A model generated the notes under the pieces. That model searched no databases. It was not told the origin of the DNA and saw only the letters and a program-made list of their open reading frames with translations. DNA of 64,000 bases from Entomortierella parvispora E1425 (Eukaryota; Fungi; Mortierellomycota). Shown here piece after piece: positions 11,696-23,389 of the stretch; the stretch's first letter is position 1, and each line of letters begins with the position of its first letter. The stretch spans positions 310,001 through 374,000 of the forward strand of contig BQFW01000007.1 in the NCBI GenBank assembly GCA_020891255.1, in the 5' to 3' direction. The position numbers and the translations under genes are program-made.

Positions 11696-14600
11696 CTATG
11701 GGCTTGTCGAGTCGCCCTCATTGTTTGTTGATTCCCGTCCAGAAGGAGGATAGGGCATCATTTGGGGATCCATGTTCAAAGGGCGCTGCTGCATCATCAT
11801 CCCGTTCGGGCCCATGGGAGGCATCATTTCTGGAGGATAACGCATCATCATTGGTCCACCTACGATATCGCATGGGTATATTAGTGTCAAAACTTGAGTC
11901 TCTTGCTTCTTCAGGTTATATCTTTGAAAGAAAGAAAAACTTACCGTGGTTAGGAGGATAGTGGTACATGGGGATGGGCATGCCTGAGGGAGGGATCATT
12001 CCCGTGCGACCAGCAGTGAATCCTTGGGGTGCGTAATGAGCTGTAGATATGATAGAAGGGTCACGATTAGCAAAAGAAAACAATGCCACCGTCATATCAA
12101 AAGAAAAAAAAAGAAAAAAAAAGACTTACGAGCAGATGTGGGTGCGACTTGAGGGTATCCCTGTCCAGCGCCAGTGTGTGGCATGCCAGGGGGAGGGGGC
12201 TGCGAGAAAGGCACCGGTCCACCATTGGGCATGAATGGCATCATATGACTGGGACTTCCCATGGCCATTGGTGGGGGTCCACCATACTGTCCAGCGGGTC
12301 CATAGCTGTAAGGTCCCATGGCGTAGTATCCACCTCCGCCATTTCCGTGCTGTGCCCCGCCCATTCCCTGACTGTACATCATGTCGTCTTCATAACGATT
12401 GGTGACTGTGAACAAGTGGCGGAATGATCTTGATCCATAAGGCCAGGTTGGTGCGATTGAGTTTGGAGCAGGCATCGTCTGTCCCTTCTTGAAAGGGCTG
12501 GACATGGCTTCTTCCAGGGGCAAACGTCCCTTCTTGACAGTCTTTCCGAAAAACAGATTCTTGTCAACGGCAGGCGCTCCCTGAGAGGCTCCTGCCTTTT
12601 TGTCCGCTCCTCCAAAAGATGGCGTGAAGGGGGCAGCGTTCACGTTAGGCTTGAACACGTTGGCCTTTACGTTCAGCTTGAAAGTTGTGCCGGTCGTCGC
12701 TGCCGATTTGTCGGCACTCGCAGTAGTAGTTTCAGTATCCGCCTTCTTTTCCTTGTTCTCCTTGGATTCTGTAGGCGCGGCTTTGTCGGTCTTCTCTGCT
12801 GCCTTTGTTCCTGCGGCCGACTCCTTTGATTTGTCGCCAGTGGCTCCATGATCCGCCTTTTTACCAAAGATTTCCTTGACATCATCAGGAACTGGTGTGT
12901 TGTTGAGCTTTTTCTACAATATTCCAGTAAATTGAAAAGCGTGAGTTGGCGACAGACCTCTCTCATGGACTTGCATTAATTAAGGAGGCATCAACAGTCT
13001 ACTACTTACGGTTATATCCTTTCCGAACTGCTTCAGTTCTGCCGCAAAGTCGTCCTTTTCCTTTTGAAAGAGCTCAGTCCTGCGCTGGGTGAGGCCAAGT
13101 TTAGTCTGCTTCACCAAGTCCTTGTCAGTGTTGGCAAAGGAGCGAGCCTTCTGAGCAAACTGGGCCATGTTCTCTTCGATGTACTGAGCATCCATGGCGT
13201 TATCAGGAATCTGTTGGTGTTTGGATCCTTGGATAGTGGCGGCATTCAAAAGAGCCGAAACAGGGTTATGGGTACGAAGCTCGTTCAAGTTGAATTGTCC
13301 GTTGCTGCCCTTTGTAGAGTTGGATCGACTGACAGTCGCAGGCTCTGGCGTCTTGGTGGGTGTAGGGATGGTGGCAGAGGGTGCAGGCTGAGCAACCTCA
13401 GCGGCGGTCTTTTGAGGCACCGACTTTGTGTCAGCTGGAGCCTGTACTGTTGCTGGGGCCTGAGCAGGAGAAGGCGATGCGCGAACTGGTGGCTGCGAAG
13501 CGGCTGAGGCAGGGCGCTTCTGTTGCTGGAGCTCCTGCTGACGACGCATAGCTGGGGGCATATACTTGTTGGAAGGTGGAAGTGGGTTACGGACAACGGC
13601 TCCATAACGATCCTCCTCGTCCAGGCCACTGTCATCCACAGCCAATCCGCGTTCCTCCTGCATGTGTACATTGCTGGACGCAGTTTGCTGAATTTCGTTG
13701 GCAATCTGGATGGCGTATTGCTCCCTTGCCTTGAAATCAGCGCCAGAGCGGTCCAAGCGGGTGGTGTACAGTTCCTCGTCAAAGTCAGTTCTCACTCCAA
13801 ACAACTTTTCGTTGGCAGCAAACTGATCCCACGAAGCGCTGCTGCTGTTGATGCCAAAGTGACTATCACCGAGATCGTCCTCGATGCCGCCCAGCGAATG
13901 GTGTTCCTCTGGCGCCCACTTTTTAAGATCGCGCTCCTTGATGTCTCCAGATCGACTGATGTCGGTGTCGGTCTTGAAGCCTGCTCCACAGAAGAGCATG
14001 GGTCATCGACGTTAGTCTCCAATATCAATACAAGGTATTCAAGGTGAGAATGCTTGCACCAACAAGAGCACAGTGTTTACCTTCACGCTCAATGCTGCGA
14101 TCAGCCCCTGTGCGCTCGTGAGGCACAAAGTCCACACCGACGACGTTGATGGCGACACAGTCCTTGGCAAGCACGATCATTTGGTTGACAAGGGGTGCGT
14201 TCTCCTTCTTGTCCTTTCCTGAAACGACCTTGACCAAACGCAAGACGATTTCCAGATCTCCCTCAGTGAATGCAGTGTGGAAGAGACCCTCGTACTTGGA
14301 TCCGTTCTTGACCGTCAACTCCACGGTCATGCCCTATCCGAGGATACAGTGCATCCAGTCAACGTTAGTGGGTAAGCTAACTTCCTTTTGTGCCCTTCCT
14401 TTGTTTCCTGTGCCTCTTCATGTCTGTTCCAGTAGTGCATTTCCTTACAATCATGTGAGTCAACAGGAAGAGCATGCGATCATGCATGTGCTTTGCATCC
14501 ACCTCGCTGACAACCGACTCCTTGCCTGCTGCCGGTAGGACGGGGCTTGCAGCCTGAGCAGGCACCGGGCTGCCGACCGTTGGGGGCGATTGAGCACCCC

Positions 14601-15302
14601 ACTTTCCTTTTCCACCCCTATGATTCATCCATTAGACGACCTTAGTTAGTAGAGGTCATTGACATGGCCATTTTTGTCAATAGTGGATCCAAGCCCTCGG
14701 CTGATTTGATTGCTTGATGGGTTTGTTGACTAATTAGTCCCGCACGCATTCCAAGGGAGCCCTGCTCCATCAGCTCTGGATTGTCTATGTCTGCAGCCCT
14801 CGCGTGCACGGCCAACAGGCTCTGTGCATTTAGTCCAATGTTCCTGAATGCGAACGAATCCCAGGCACAGATGGACATGGGAGGACCATGGTCCATATCT
14901 GCCTTTGCCATTCAGTCCTGTGCTTATGCCTCGCCAATTCCTGCAGTGTCTCGTGGTTGTCCTTGTTTCGTCTAGCTCAGTTGAGGGTTGTCATGGAACA
15001 TCTGATCCTGACGAGTGCGATCGTCTCCTTCTGGAAGGGGCCATGGATGCATAAACATCACAAAGACTGGGCATAATAAATCTCGATTCCAAGACTTTGC
15101 TCTTGGCACAAGCATGCACTGTTTCGCTGAGGGTGCTGCATTGTTTCCAAGAAGAGTGCTGCTGTCTGTCAAACAAGTCGCCTTGTGGGGTCGCGCGTCC
15201 CTGCTAGACAAGCCTAGACTAACAAAGGGAGAAGAACGTTTACCTCTGTGAGAGCACTGCCTTTCCACCCCTGGTGGCAGGGCGACCGTTGGCACTGGAC
15301 AT
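11696..15302 (-). CDS. PBP1: Ataxin-2/Pbp1 homolog (LSm, LsmAD, PAM2), multi-exon
   Basis: LSm fold VELTVKNGSKYEGLFHT; LsmAD WDQFAANEKLFGVRTDFDEELYTTRLDRS; PAM2-like FKLNVKANVFKPNVNAAPFTP. Exon 1 (15302-15244, MSSANGRP...) splices in frame to 14617 via intron 14618-15243. Confidence 0.88.
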
Positions 15303-16609
15303 GATGGAATCAAGACAAAAGAAAAGAAGGAATTAAGAGAAGGGGTAAAGGAGGAAGAGGAAGAGGAAGAGGAGGAGAGGAACGAGATGGAACGAGACAG
15401 AGAGGATGAGTGAATGAAATGGATGGATGAATGAATAGAGAGAGAGGGAGAGGGAGAGGGAGAGAGAGAAAGAGAACTCAAAAAAAGAAGGAACAAAAAA
15501 AAAGGGATCGCGTCCCACATGGGACAAAGGGACATATGGAAATCACTTCTTTCCCGTGAAGACCGACACTCCCCTCTGCTTCTCTCTCTCTCTCTCTCTT
15601 TCTTTCTTCTCCACACTCTCCCATCCTTGCCTTTCATCTATCTCGCGCTCTTTCTTTGCTGCGTCTCCACCGGCCGCGTCCTCTGTTCCTTTTTATTTCC
15701 GTTTATCCCCTTGTCCCCTTGTCCTTTTAGTCCTTTTCCCTTTTTGTCCCCTGGGCTCCTTTCCACCCGCATTGCACAGCTGCCCTCTTTTTTTTTTTTG
15801 CTTTCTTTTTGTTGTCCTTTGTTGTCCTTTGTTGTCCTTTGTCTCTCTGCTCACCTCCTCTCGCCACCACACCCCACGCTTTCAATGTCCCTTGATCGCC
15901 ACAGGTTTCGTACTGCAACACATTGCAACGTACTCCTCCCCCTTCTCCTGCCTGTTTGCTCTCTCTTTTTTTTTTTTTTTTTTTTTTTTTGTCAATCGAG
16001 TGTCTCTCCTTCAATTGGACCCTGAAAAAACACCACAACCACAAGACTGCAAAAATCTCCTTTCTCCCTTCAAATTCCCCTGCACCTCGGATTAAATTCA
16101 AGAAAACTGCAACAAAGAGTTTCCTCCGCTTCTAAAACTCGTTCGTTCTCATAAAAGAAAAAGAGTCCCCTTCATACACTTGATTGAAAAATCACTTTTT
16201 TTTTGAATATAAATTCGTGTTATTTTTTTTTTTTTTTGGCTAGTTTTTTTTTAAAAAAGTAATGTATGATACATAGATTCTGTGCACAACCATAGAAGAG
16301 CTACGATTGTCCACTCTATATGAAAGTAAGCGAAAAGGGGGGAGGAGGGGATAGAAATCATCCTAGGAACGTCCAGCGAGCCAAGGAATCTGAGGAAAAA
16401 ATAAGAAAAAGTAGAAAAAGAGAGATGGAGAGAGAGACAAGAGTAAACTACAGGGACAGACGTGGAATTATTAGGGCGAAAGGGGGAAATAAGAAATAAA
16501 AAAGAAACAAACTAGAAACGTGCGGCTCTTTCGACGCGTCTCTCCTCTTTTTTTTTTTTGGGAGGTTGTTTTCTTTTTTGTTTTTTGGGGGGAAGGGTGT
16601 TCATGTTGT

Positions 16610-17998
16610 TCACTTGTCATCATCCTCAGGGTCTGCCCCGCAGCCCCGCTTGTCATGACGCTTCAGCTTGTCCAGACGGCCGAACCGCTCGCCACATTGA
16701 GAGCAGCTGTAACGGCCGACTTCCTCGTGGACGTTGCGGACATGGCGGACGTAATCCGTACGGCGCTTGAAGGGACGGCCGCAGATACCGCACAGGAACG
16801 CAGGGACCTTCAAATGGCAACGAGAGTGCGACGCCAACTCTCCCTTGGTAGGGAAGGACTTTTCACACTCATGACAAGGGAATCGACGGGGAGCTGGGGA
16901 GGCGCCCGAGGTACCGAGTTCTGCGGATCTGGCAGCCTTGGGCTGGTAAGGCGTCTTGCGTCGGGTCGAGGGCGTAGGAGTGGGTGGGGTCGAAGGAGAA
17001 CCCATGTAACGGTTGCTCTGACGAGCTCCAGAGGGAGACTGCTGCGACTGCAACGTAAAGTAATCACCATACACGGGCACAGATCCAGGGTAGCGACCAT
17101 CGGGCGTGTGAGAGAATCCATAGTGGGGAGTCGCTGGTGGCGTGGGTGTCAAAGAGTTGTACCCATGAGGACCGGCAGCCACATACGCAGGTGGGTAGGA
17201 TCCGTTGGAGGTGGGGCTGTGAGAGCCAATGCTATAAGGCGAAGGAGCCTGGTTCTGGCCGTGGTAGAATGGCTGGGGTGGAGAGTCCGGGGCCCCATGA
17301 GCATGATGATCGCCGATCGAGTTCATACGCTGAGGGAACGCTGAGAGGACAGAAGGAGAGCCAGAAGGATCGGGACTATGTTGGTAATGGTGAGTCTGAG
17401 GAGAGTAACCCTGGCTTGACTCTGCTCCAAAGGTCGAAGGGTCCATCGACTTCGCATTTCCAGCATGCTTGAAGGGGTAGGACTGTTGAGGGTAGGAGGC
17501 ACCATTGTAGCTGTAGGACATGCCGTTGTCAAAGATCAGGTTGGGCTGGCTCATAGTAGAGAACGACGTAGACGGTGACATGGACGAGGACATGGCGGCC
17601 ATTGTGGGAAGCGTCGCCACAGGCACAGCCATGGGCGAGGGGAACGAGGACACGGGCATGGCTCCTACGGAGGGGTAGAACTGCTGATGTTGCGAGGATT
17701 GAGCATTGTCCTGGTACTGGTAGTTGTGGTATGGTTGCTGTTCACTGCCTTCGTACTGCTGCTGTTGCTGTTGCTGGTACATGCCCTCTTCCGAAGACGA
17801 TGACGATCCGTTCAAGATCCTGTTGAGCTGCATCCGATCCCGCGGTTGCTTGGCTCCAGGGCCTCTGTTGTCCATACCGGCGGCCATGTGTTGGTCAATC
17901 ATGTATGCTCCAGACTCGGACGAGGCCAGGTCTCTGTTGTTGTCGTCGACGTAAAAGTCTCTTGGATCTGAAGACTCGAGCTTTGGGGCCAGAATCAT
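16610..17998 (-). CDS. C2H2 zinc-finger transcription factor (3 C-terminal fingers, intronless, ~462 aa)
   Basis: CHECEKSF...HSRCH, CGICGRPFKRRTDYVRHVRNVH and CSQCGERFGRLDKLKRH...C after a long S/P/Q-rich region. First ATG at 17998. Confidence 0.9.
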   Translation of the reverse strand: MILAPKLESSDPRDFYVDDNNRDLASSESGAYMIDQHMAAGMDNRGPGAKQPRDRMQLNRILNGSSSSSEEGMYQQQQQQQYEGSEQQPYHNYQYQDNAQSSQHQQFYPSVGAMPVSSFPSPMAVPVATLPTMAAMSSSMSPSTSFSTMSQPNLIFDNGMSYSYNGASYPQQSYPFKHAGNAKSMDPSTFGAESSQGYSPQTHHYQHSPDPSGSPSVLSAFPQRMNSIGDHHAHGAPDSPPQPFYHGQNQAPSPYSIGSHSPTSNGSYPPAYVAAGPHGYNSLTPTPPATPHYGFSHTPDGRYPGSVPVYGDYFTLQSQQSPSGARQSNRYMGSPSTPPTPTPSTRRKTPYQPKAARSAELGTSGASPAPRRFPCHECEKSFPTKGELASHSRCHLKVPAFLCGICGRPFKRRTDYVRHVRNVHEEVGRYSCSQCGERFGRLDKLKRHDKRGCGADPEDDDK

Positions 17999-20974
17999 TT
18001 CTCGAGCAATTGTATTGCGGCTTGAAGGGGAAGAATGGGCGGTCGTTGGTAGAGAACCAGGGACAGGATCAAAAAGAGTCGAGGCGGGTAAGGTGCTTTG
18101 CTTCTTGGGAGAGCGGTTCAAACTTGGTAATGGACCGACCTGGAAGGTGTGACAAAAGGAGTGTGATACAATTATAGAGAGCAGATGGATGGGCAAAAGG
18201 GAGGCAGAGAGGAAAGGAGAAATAGAGAGAGAGTGGGAGAGAGAGAGAGAGAGAGATAGAGAGTGAGAGAGTAGAAGGAGAGAAAAAAAGGGTATATGGA
18301 GTGGTTAGCAATGAGGACAGAAAGGAGAAGGAAACACGCGCGACGGGTGCTCGATGTATTTATATCAGAAATGAAGGAGATCGAGTGCAGAGTGCAGAGT
18401 GCAGAGTGCCAGTGAGCACTTGGTGCCAATAACGAGGACAATGGCTTCAAAATTGGAACCATGTCCTCAGACAAGACATGGACGGAGGAGAGAGAAATAG
18501 AAGGAACCCAAACACAAAATGAAAAAAGAATAAAACATTCAATACAATTGAACTCAAGCACACATGCTTTCGGGCCTTATCCAATACGAGAATCGATTTG
18601 CCGGTTTGTTGATTGGGTTGCATGGCCCGACATACAGACAAGACAGGTAGACAGACAGCTAGCCAAACACTCAAGCAAGCAGGCAGATTGACATACAGTC
18701 CAACAGACAGATAAACAGACAAACATGCAGGCAAGCAAACAAGCAGGCACAATCGTGGAGCCACGCCAGCAGCAAGCAGGCAGGCAGACTGGCTGACAAG
18801 AACAGGCTCGCAGACCAGCAGGTAAGCAATACTGCAGAAAAAGCCAAAACAAACGAAACTAACGGTAAAGTAAAAAAGGTACTCCCCATCCAACTCCACT
18901 CCATCCACCCAAGTTCAGTCGACCGACACCCAAAGCAAAGGAATTTAAATGAGAAGATAAAAATAAAAATAAACGTTTTTTTTTCTTTTCTTCTTCCTCT
19001 GTTTGCGCGTTGGGCCAAATTAAACAGCAACGTCCAATCAGCGACGCGCATCTGTCCGTCCCCTTTCTCGCTTCCCCTGGGGTATGCTTTGCAACTAGAG
19101 AGGTCAGTCGCCCTCTTCCCCTGGGCCTGGGTTGTCTTCTTCTGGGGAGTTCCCCCTCCGCCCGCAAAAAGAGGTCGAGACAGCACAGATATGATTTTTT
19201 GATTGCGCTTGTTCCTCGCCCTGTTCCTGAACTTCTTTTTTAAATCGAAGATGGGAATGTGCCAGGAGAAGGGAAGGGGGGGAGGGGAGGGGGGATCGAA
19301 CTCAATTGATTTCTTTTTCCCCGCCAGACGGTCTGGGAAAGGGAGGAGAGAGAAAGACAGACAGAGAGGGGAGCATGCCTCTGGACTGTCTCGGACACGA
19401 AACGAAGAACGCGATTGAGGGCACACTGATGCTTGCCCCGTTGTTCACACACATACACACACTCTCTCTCACATAGGCAGGGACGCGTGCCCAGACCATT
19501 GGACTCATCCCTCCTCCCTCCCACCTACAAGTACAGTACGTACACTCGCCACACATACTCCGTACGAGGGCACACATAAACACAACGCGAAACATGGTCG
19601 TAATGATGAGACAGCATCATGACAACTTACCAGTGAAGTAGCAATGCAAACTTGATGGAAGAGCGGATAAAAAAAAAAAAGTCGAGAGCACCAGGGAATA
19701 TATGAAAGCTTGTTTGTTTCTCAGGCCGAGCGAGCAAGGACGTGAAAAAAAAAATTGATGAGCGTTTTCCGTTGGAGGATGGGAGCAGCAGACAGAGATG
19801 GTGTCGAATGGCGGGAGACGCGGTCTGTGTTCAGGCGAGAGAGCGGGTGTGGTCGTCCGGTTGGAATTATTTTGACCGTTGAGGATTATGGAAGCGTGTC
19901 CGTTGCAGGAGGAGGAAAGGGGGAGAGAAAGGGTGTAAGGTGGTTAGGAGAAGGAGAGAGAGAGAAAGAGAAGTAAAGGAAAGAGAGGGAAAAAGAAGGA
20001 AGAAAGAATGAGGGCAAAAAAGATGGTTTCAAGGAACACGGGGGCAGGGGTGTGCTAAAAGATGGTGGGACAAGAAGAAAAAAAAGAGACTCTTTGGGCG
20101 AGCGAGCGAGGCTGGAAAGGGTAGTGGGTGGATGGGATGGGATGATGGTCCGAAAGGGTAAAAAGGGCACTACAGTACGGGATAGAGGGAGGAACGGAGA
20201 GAAAGAGAGAGGGCTTGCAGTCGATGCAGTGGAAGGGGTTCGTTAGCGAGGATTGGGTGGGCAGAGTGACAGGGACAAGAGACAGAGTCAGAAAACACGC
20301 GTGGGATGGGGGTGGGTGGGTGGATGAATGGAATGAAAGTGAACTGAATGAATGAATGAATGGTAAAAGGGAAAGGGACGGGCGGGAGGATGAGAAGATG
20401 ATGGAGGGGAGGACGGAGCTGGAGTTGAAGGCGAGGTGGGTTTGGTCGTAGAAGTGGATCGTTAGGGTCGTTTGTTCGTTGATTTGTTCAAGGGCAGCCA
20501 GAGAGAAAGGGAAAACCGCCGAGGGAAGAAGAGGAGGAGGAGGATGGATGGATGGGAAGCGGAGCGGAGAGAGAAGAAGAGAGAGAGAGGGAAGGGAGGG
20601 ACGAAAAGGGAACCTTGTTGTTATGTATTGTTGTTGTTGTTGCTGCTTTGTATCTATCTCCATGGTGGCCTTTCTAGCTGTCTTTTGGCGTGCCTGTCTC
20701 TCCAATTCATTCGTGGTCATGTATATTCATTCGCTACTTTTCGTTGCTGGATGAACATAGTCAACATACTCTTTCTACCTTGCTGGGTTTAGAGTGGCCC
20801 GATATCGCTGCCGAGCCAGCTTCAGGCACCGGAGGAAGAATAAAAAAAAGAGTTTTTTTTCACATTCCCGTGCCTGACTGGCTGTCTGTCTGTCGGCGTG
20901 TCTGCCCCTGCCTTGCTTGTCATTTCCCCCCTGCTGGCGCCGTGTCCATGTGTCAGCGTGCTTGTCTGCGTGTG

Positions 20975-20983
20975 TCTGTCTGC

Positions 20984-21040
<57 letters not shown>

Positions 21041-21042
21041 GC
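20975..21042. repeat. (GTCT)n microsatellite
   Basis: Run of tgtc/gtct units read directly from the sequence. Confidence 0.95.
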
Positions 21043-21323
21043 TTTCAAAGGCAGAACTCCCTTCCTACTCCGTCTTTCCTCATCAAGTGTCGGTCTTTGC
21101 ATGCAGAGCTCATGTCCCTGTTGCTGATGTGTAAGTGTGTAAGAGCACGCTTTTGCATCCCGGACATTTGGACCCTTGAATGCAAATCACTCTCATGGAC
21201 TCACTCCAGCTCGAGTCTTCATCTTTGTGCCCTGTGGCCAGCTCTTTCGAGAGAGCCCCGTTGTGTTCAGGATAATCTGAACTCTCTTACTGCACTGTAC
21301 GATCATCATCATCGCGCGCATTC

Positions 21324-21326
<3 letters not shown>

Positions 21327-21368
<42 letters not shown>
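21327..21368. repeat. (TC)n microsatellite
   Basis: About 20 TC dinucleotides. Confidence 0.95.
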
Positions 21369-21372
<4 letters not shown>

Positions 21373-23389
21373 CCTTCACTCCTTTTCCATGATCTGCTTA
21401 TCTTCCATTTTTTCTTTGTTTCTCGTTTCTTGTTTCTTTTTTTTTTTTTTTTTTTTGTTTCGAGACGAGGAAACTTCACGGAGGAGAAGAAGGGGGGGGG
21501 GGGAAGTGACAATCAACACGAACGCCCAAGTACCAAAGAGAAAATAATTGGTTGCAGAACAAAGTAAAGGCAGAATGACACTCCAAGTGGTTCGAGTGGC
21601 GTCAGAGAGGTGGTCTAGCTGGCGTTGGTGGGTAAAAAAAAACTACCTTTTTCGGGGCAATTGAGTTGTCAGAGACAGATACAAAGGTATCTCGGCGGTT
21701 GGACCCTTCTTTCCATTAGGCAAAAAAAAAACGGAGCAGCTCTCTGCTGGGCTTTCTTTTTTTTTTTCTTTCTTTGTGGTCGTTCGCCCTACTTCACTCT
21801 CGACTGTTCAACGTCTTCTACCTCGCTCTCGGTTCAAGCTCATCGTCAGAGCGTTCATGATGATGATGCTGATCAAGAATGTTGAACGTCATTCCTCTCA
21901 AAGAACTATCTTTTTTCCCGTGAGCAAAACTGACCTCTTTCTTTGTTACTGCCCCCCTCCCTCCTCCCCCTTCATATTGGTCATTGGTTTTTCTTGCTCC
22001 ACTTTTTTTTACTTCCACCACATACTCTGGAAGAAGAAAACCTGTTGCAGTAGACTGGTCAGAGAATTCATTCAACAAGCTATCAACAAACAATTAAAAA
22101 AAACCAAATGCAAACAAATGCAAAACAGTCATAAAACATGCAGACACCCCACCCCACCCCACCCCCACCTTGTCGCCCCAGACGCCTCTGCAAACCTTTG
22201 GAAAGGCTGCGGGCTGGAAGAAAGAGATGAAAGGCAATTGTCTAGCAAGGTAAACCAAAAGGGCGCGCGCGCACACCTGACGGCCCGCCAATGCCGTTAG
22301 AGACAATGGCCTGGTGGCAACAAGGTGAGAGCGCAACCCGATTCGGCAACGATAGCACGCCTTTGCTGGTTCATTGAATTACGGTACTGTTTTTTTGTTT
22401 GTCTGAAGCAATCATCTCTTCTCTGTGTTTGCATCTTTTTTTTTTTTTTTTTTTTTTTCAAACAAAGAAGCATGGTCGCACAAAGGTCAAAGGCAGAGAT
22501 ACAGACAAACAGACAGATGTTGTTTTTTTCAACTGCAGCCAGAGGGGCCAAAGTCAAAAAAAAGTTCACTCTAGAAAGGGTTGCAGTGGTTCAGATTTGA
22601 CTTCACCTCGGAGAAGATAGAGTACATGTATGAAGATGATTGCACGCTGTGTGGACGAAGAGAACCACAAAAGTCGGACGCCCAGGAGTCTGATCGATCA
22701 TGCTTGACACAGATGAACAGACGAGTCGGCAAGGCGCCGCTTTTCCCTTAAACTCACTCAATCAACCGGCCCTTATTCTCTCTTCTCTCTCTCTCCCTCC
22801 GTTGCCCATCCAGCATGTGAAGGTTTGGTTAAACACACAACCGATCCCCGCCTTTTCGTGTGGGACTAGACCCATTTCTCTCCTCTCCGCACCCACCAAA
22901 AAAAACGTCCTCTGACACAGAAAAACCACGTCGTGGACAAGGGGGGAAGCAGCAACCACAGCAGTTGATCATGCATTTCTTGGCTTTTTTATTTTCAAAA
23001 AAAAAAAAAAAAAAAAAAAAGTCCAGAGCAATTGACCTAAAACAAGATCACCTTGCTTTTATCGCTACCACTTCGCCCAGCAGCAGTCGAGTGGGGGGTG
23101 TGTTTGTGTGTGTGTTTGATGAGAAACAAGAAAGGCTCACGCGGAAAATAGGTGCTCTCAACCCATTCCTCAATTCATCTCCATGAGTATTCCTGTCACT
23201 GAGCTCTCACTTTTCTCTCCTTCTCAAATCGTTCGCTCTCTCTCCCGCTGACCCTGAATGAGGGAAGGACAGACAGAGAGAAGAAGGAGAAATCAAAAAA
23301 TGAAAAACGAGAGCAGTGCGGTGCACGGAAGAAACGGCACGTTTGGGCAAAGCAATCACAGGACGAGAGCCATCGAGTCGTTAATGATA

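Noticed and set aside
14855-14895. Imperfect hairpin in PBP1 intron 1 as an H/ACA RNA
   Set aside because: No clear ANANNA hinge and second hairpin; a single hairpin of this size is expected by chance.
14975-15075. Possible C/D snoRNA or U6-like sequence in PBP1 intron 1 (GTGATGT...CTGA; CATGGCCCCT...AAGGA)
   Set aside because: Imperfect box C, at most a 9-nt rRNA match not positioned by the D+5 rule, and no U6 ACAGAGA box or AGC triad.
16520-17344. Long antisense ORFs (e.g. 16520-17344 +, 41038-41784 -, 45651-46037 +, 53499-54134 -)
   Set aside because: Shadow frames opposite well-supported genes, with no independent motifs.
21590-21640. tRNA-like A-box (TGGTCTAGCTGG) and GTTCGA
   Set aside because: Wrong order and no cloverleaf stems.
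22630-22695. ATGATT...CTGA as a C/D snoRNA
   Set aside because: Too short, no terminal stem, no recognisable rRNA complementarity.
18172-23186. Numerous 60-250-aa ORFs in SSR-rich intergenic DNA (also 36169-39216, 42742-43762)
   Set aside because: Translations of microsatellites and poly-A/T tracts, mostly with non-ATG starts.
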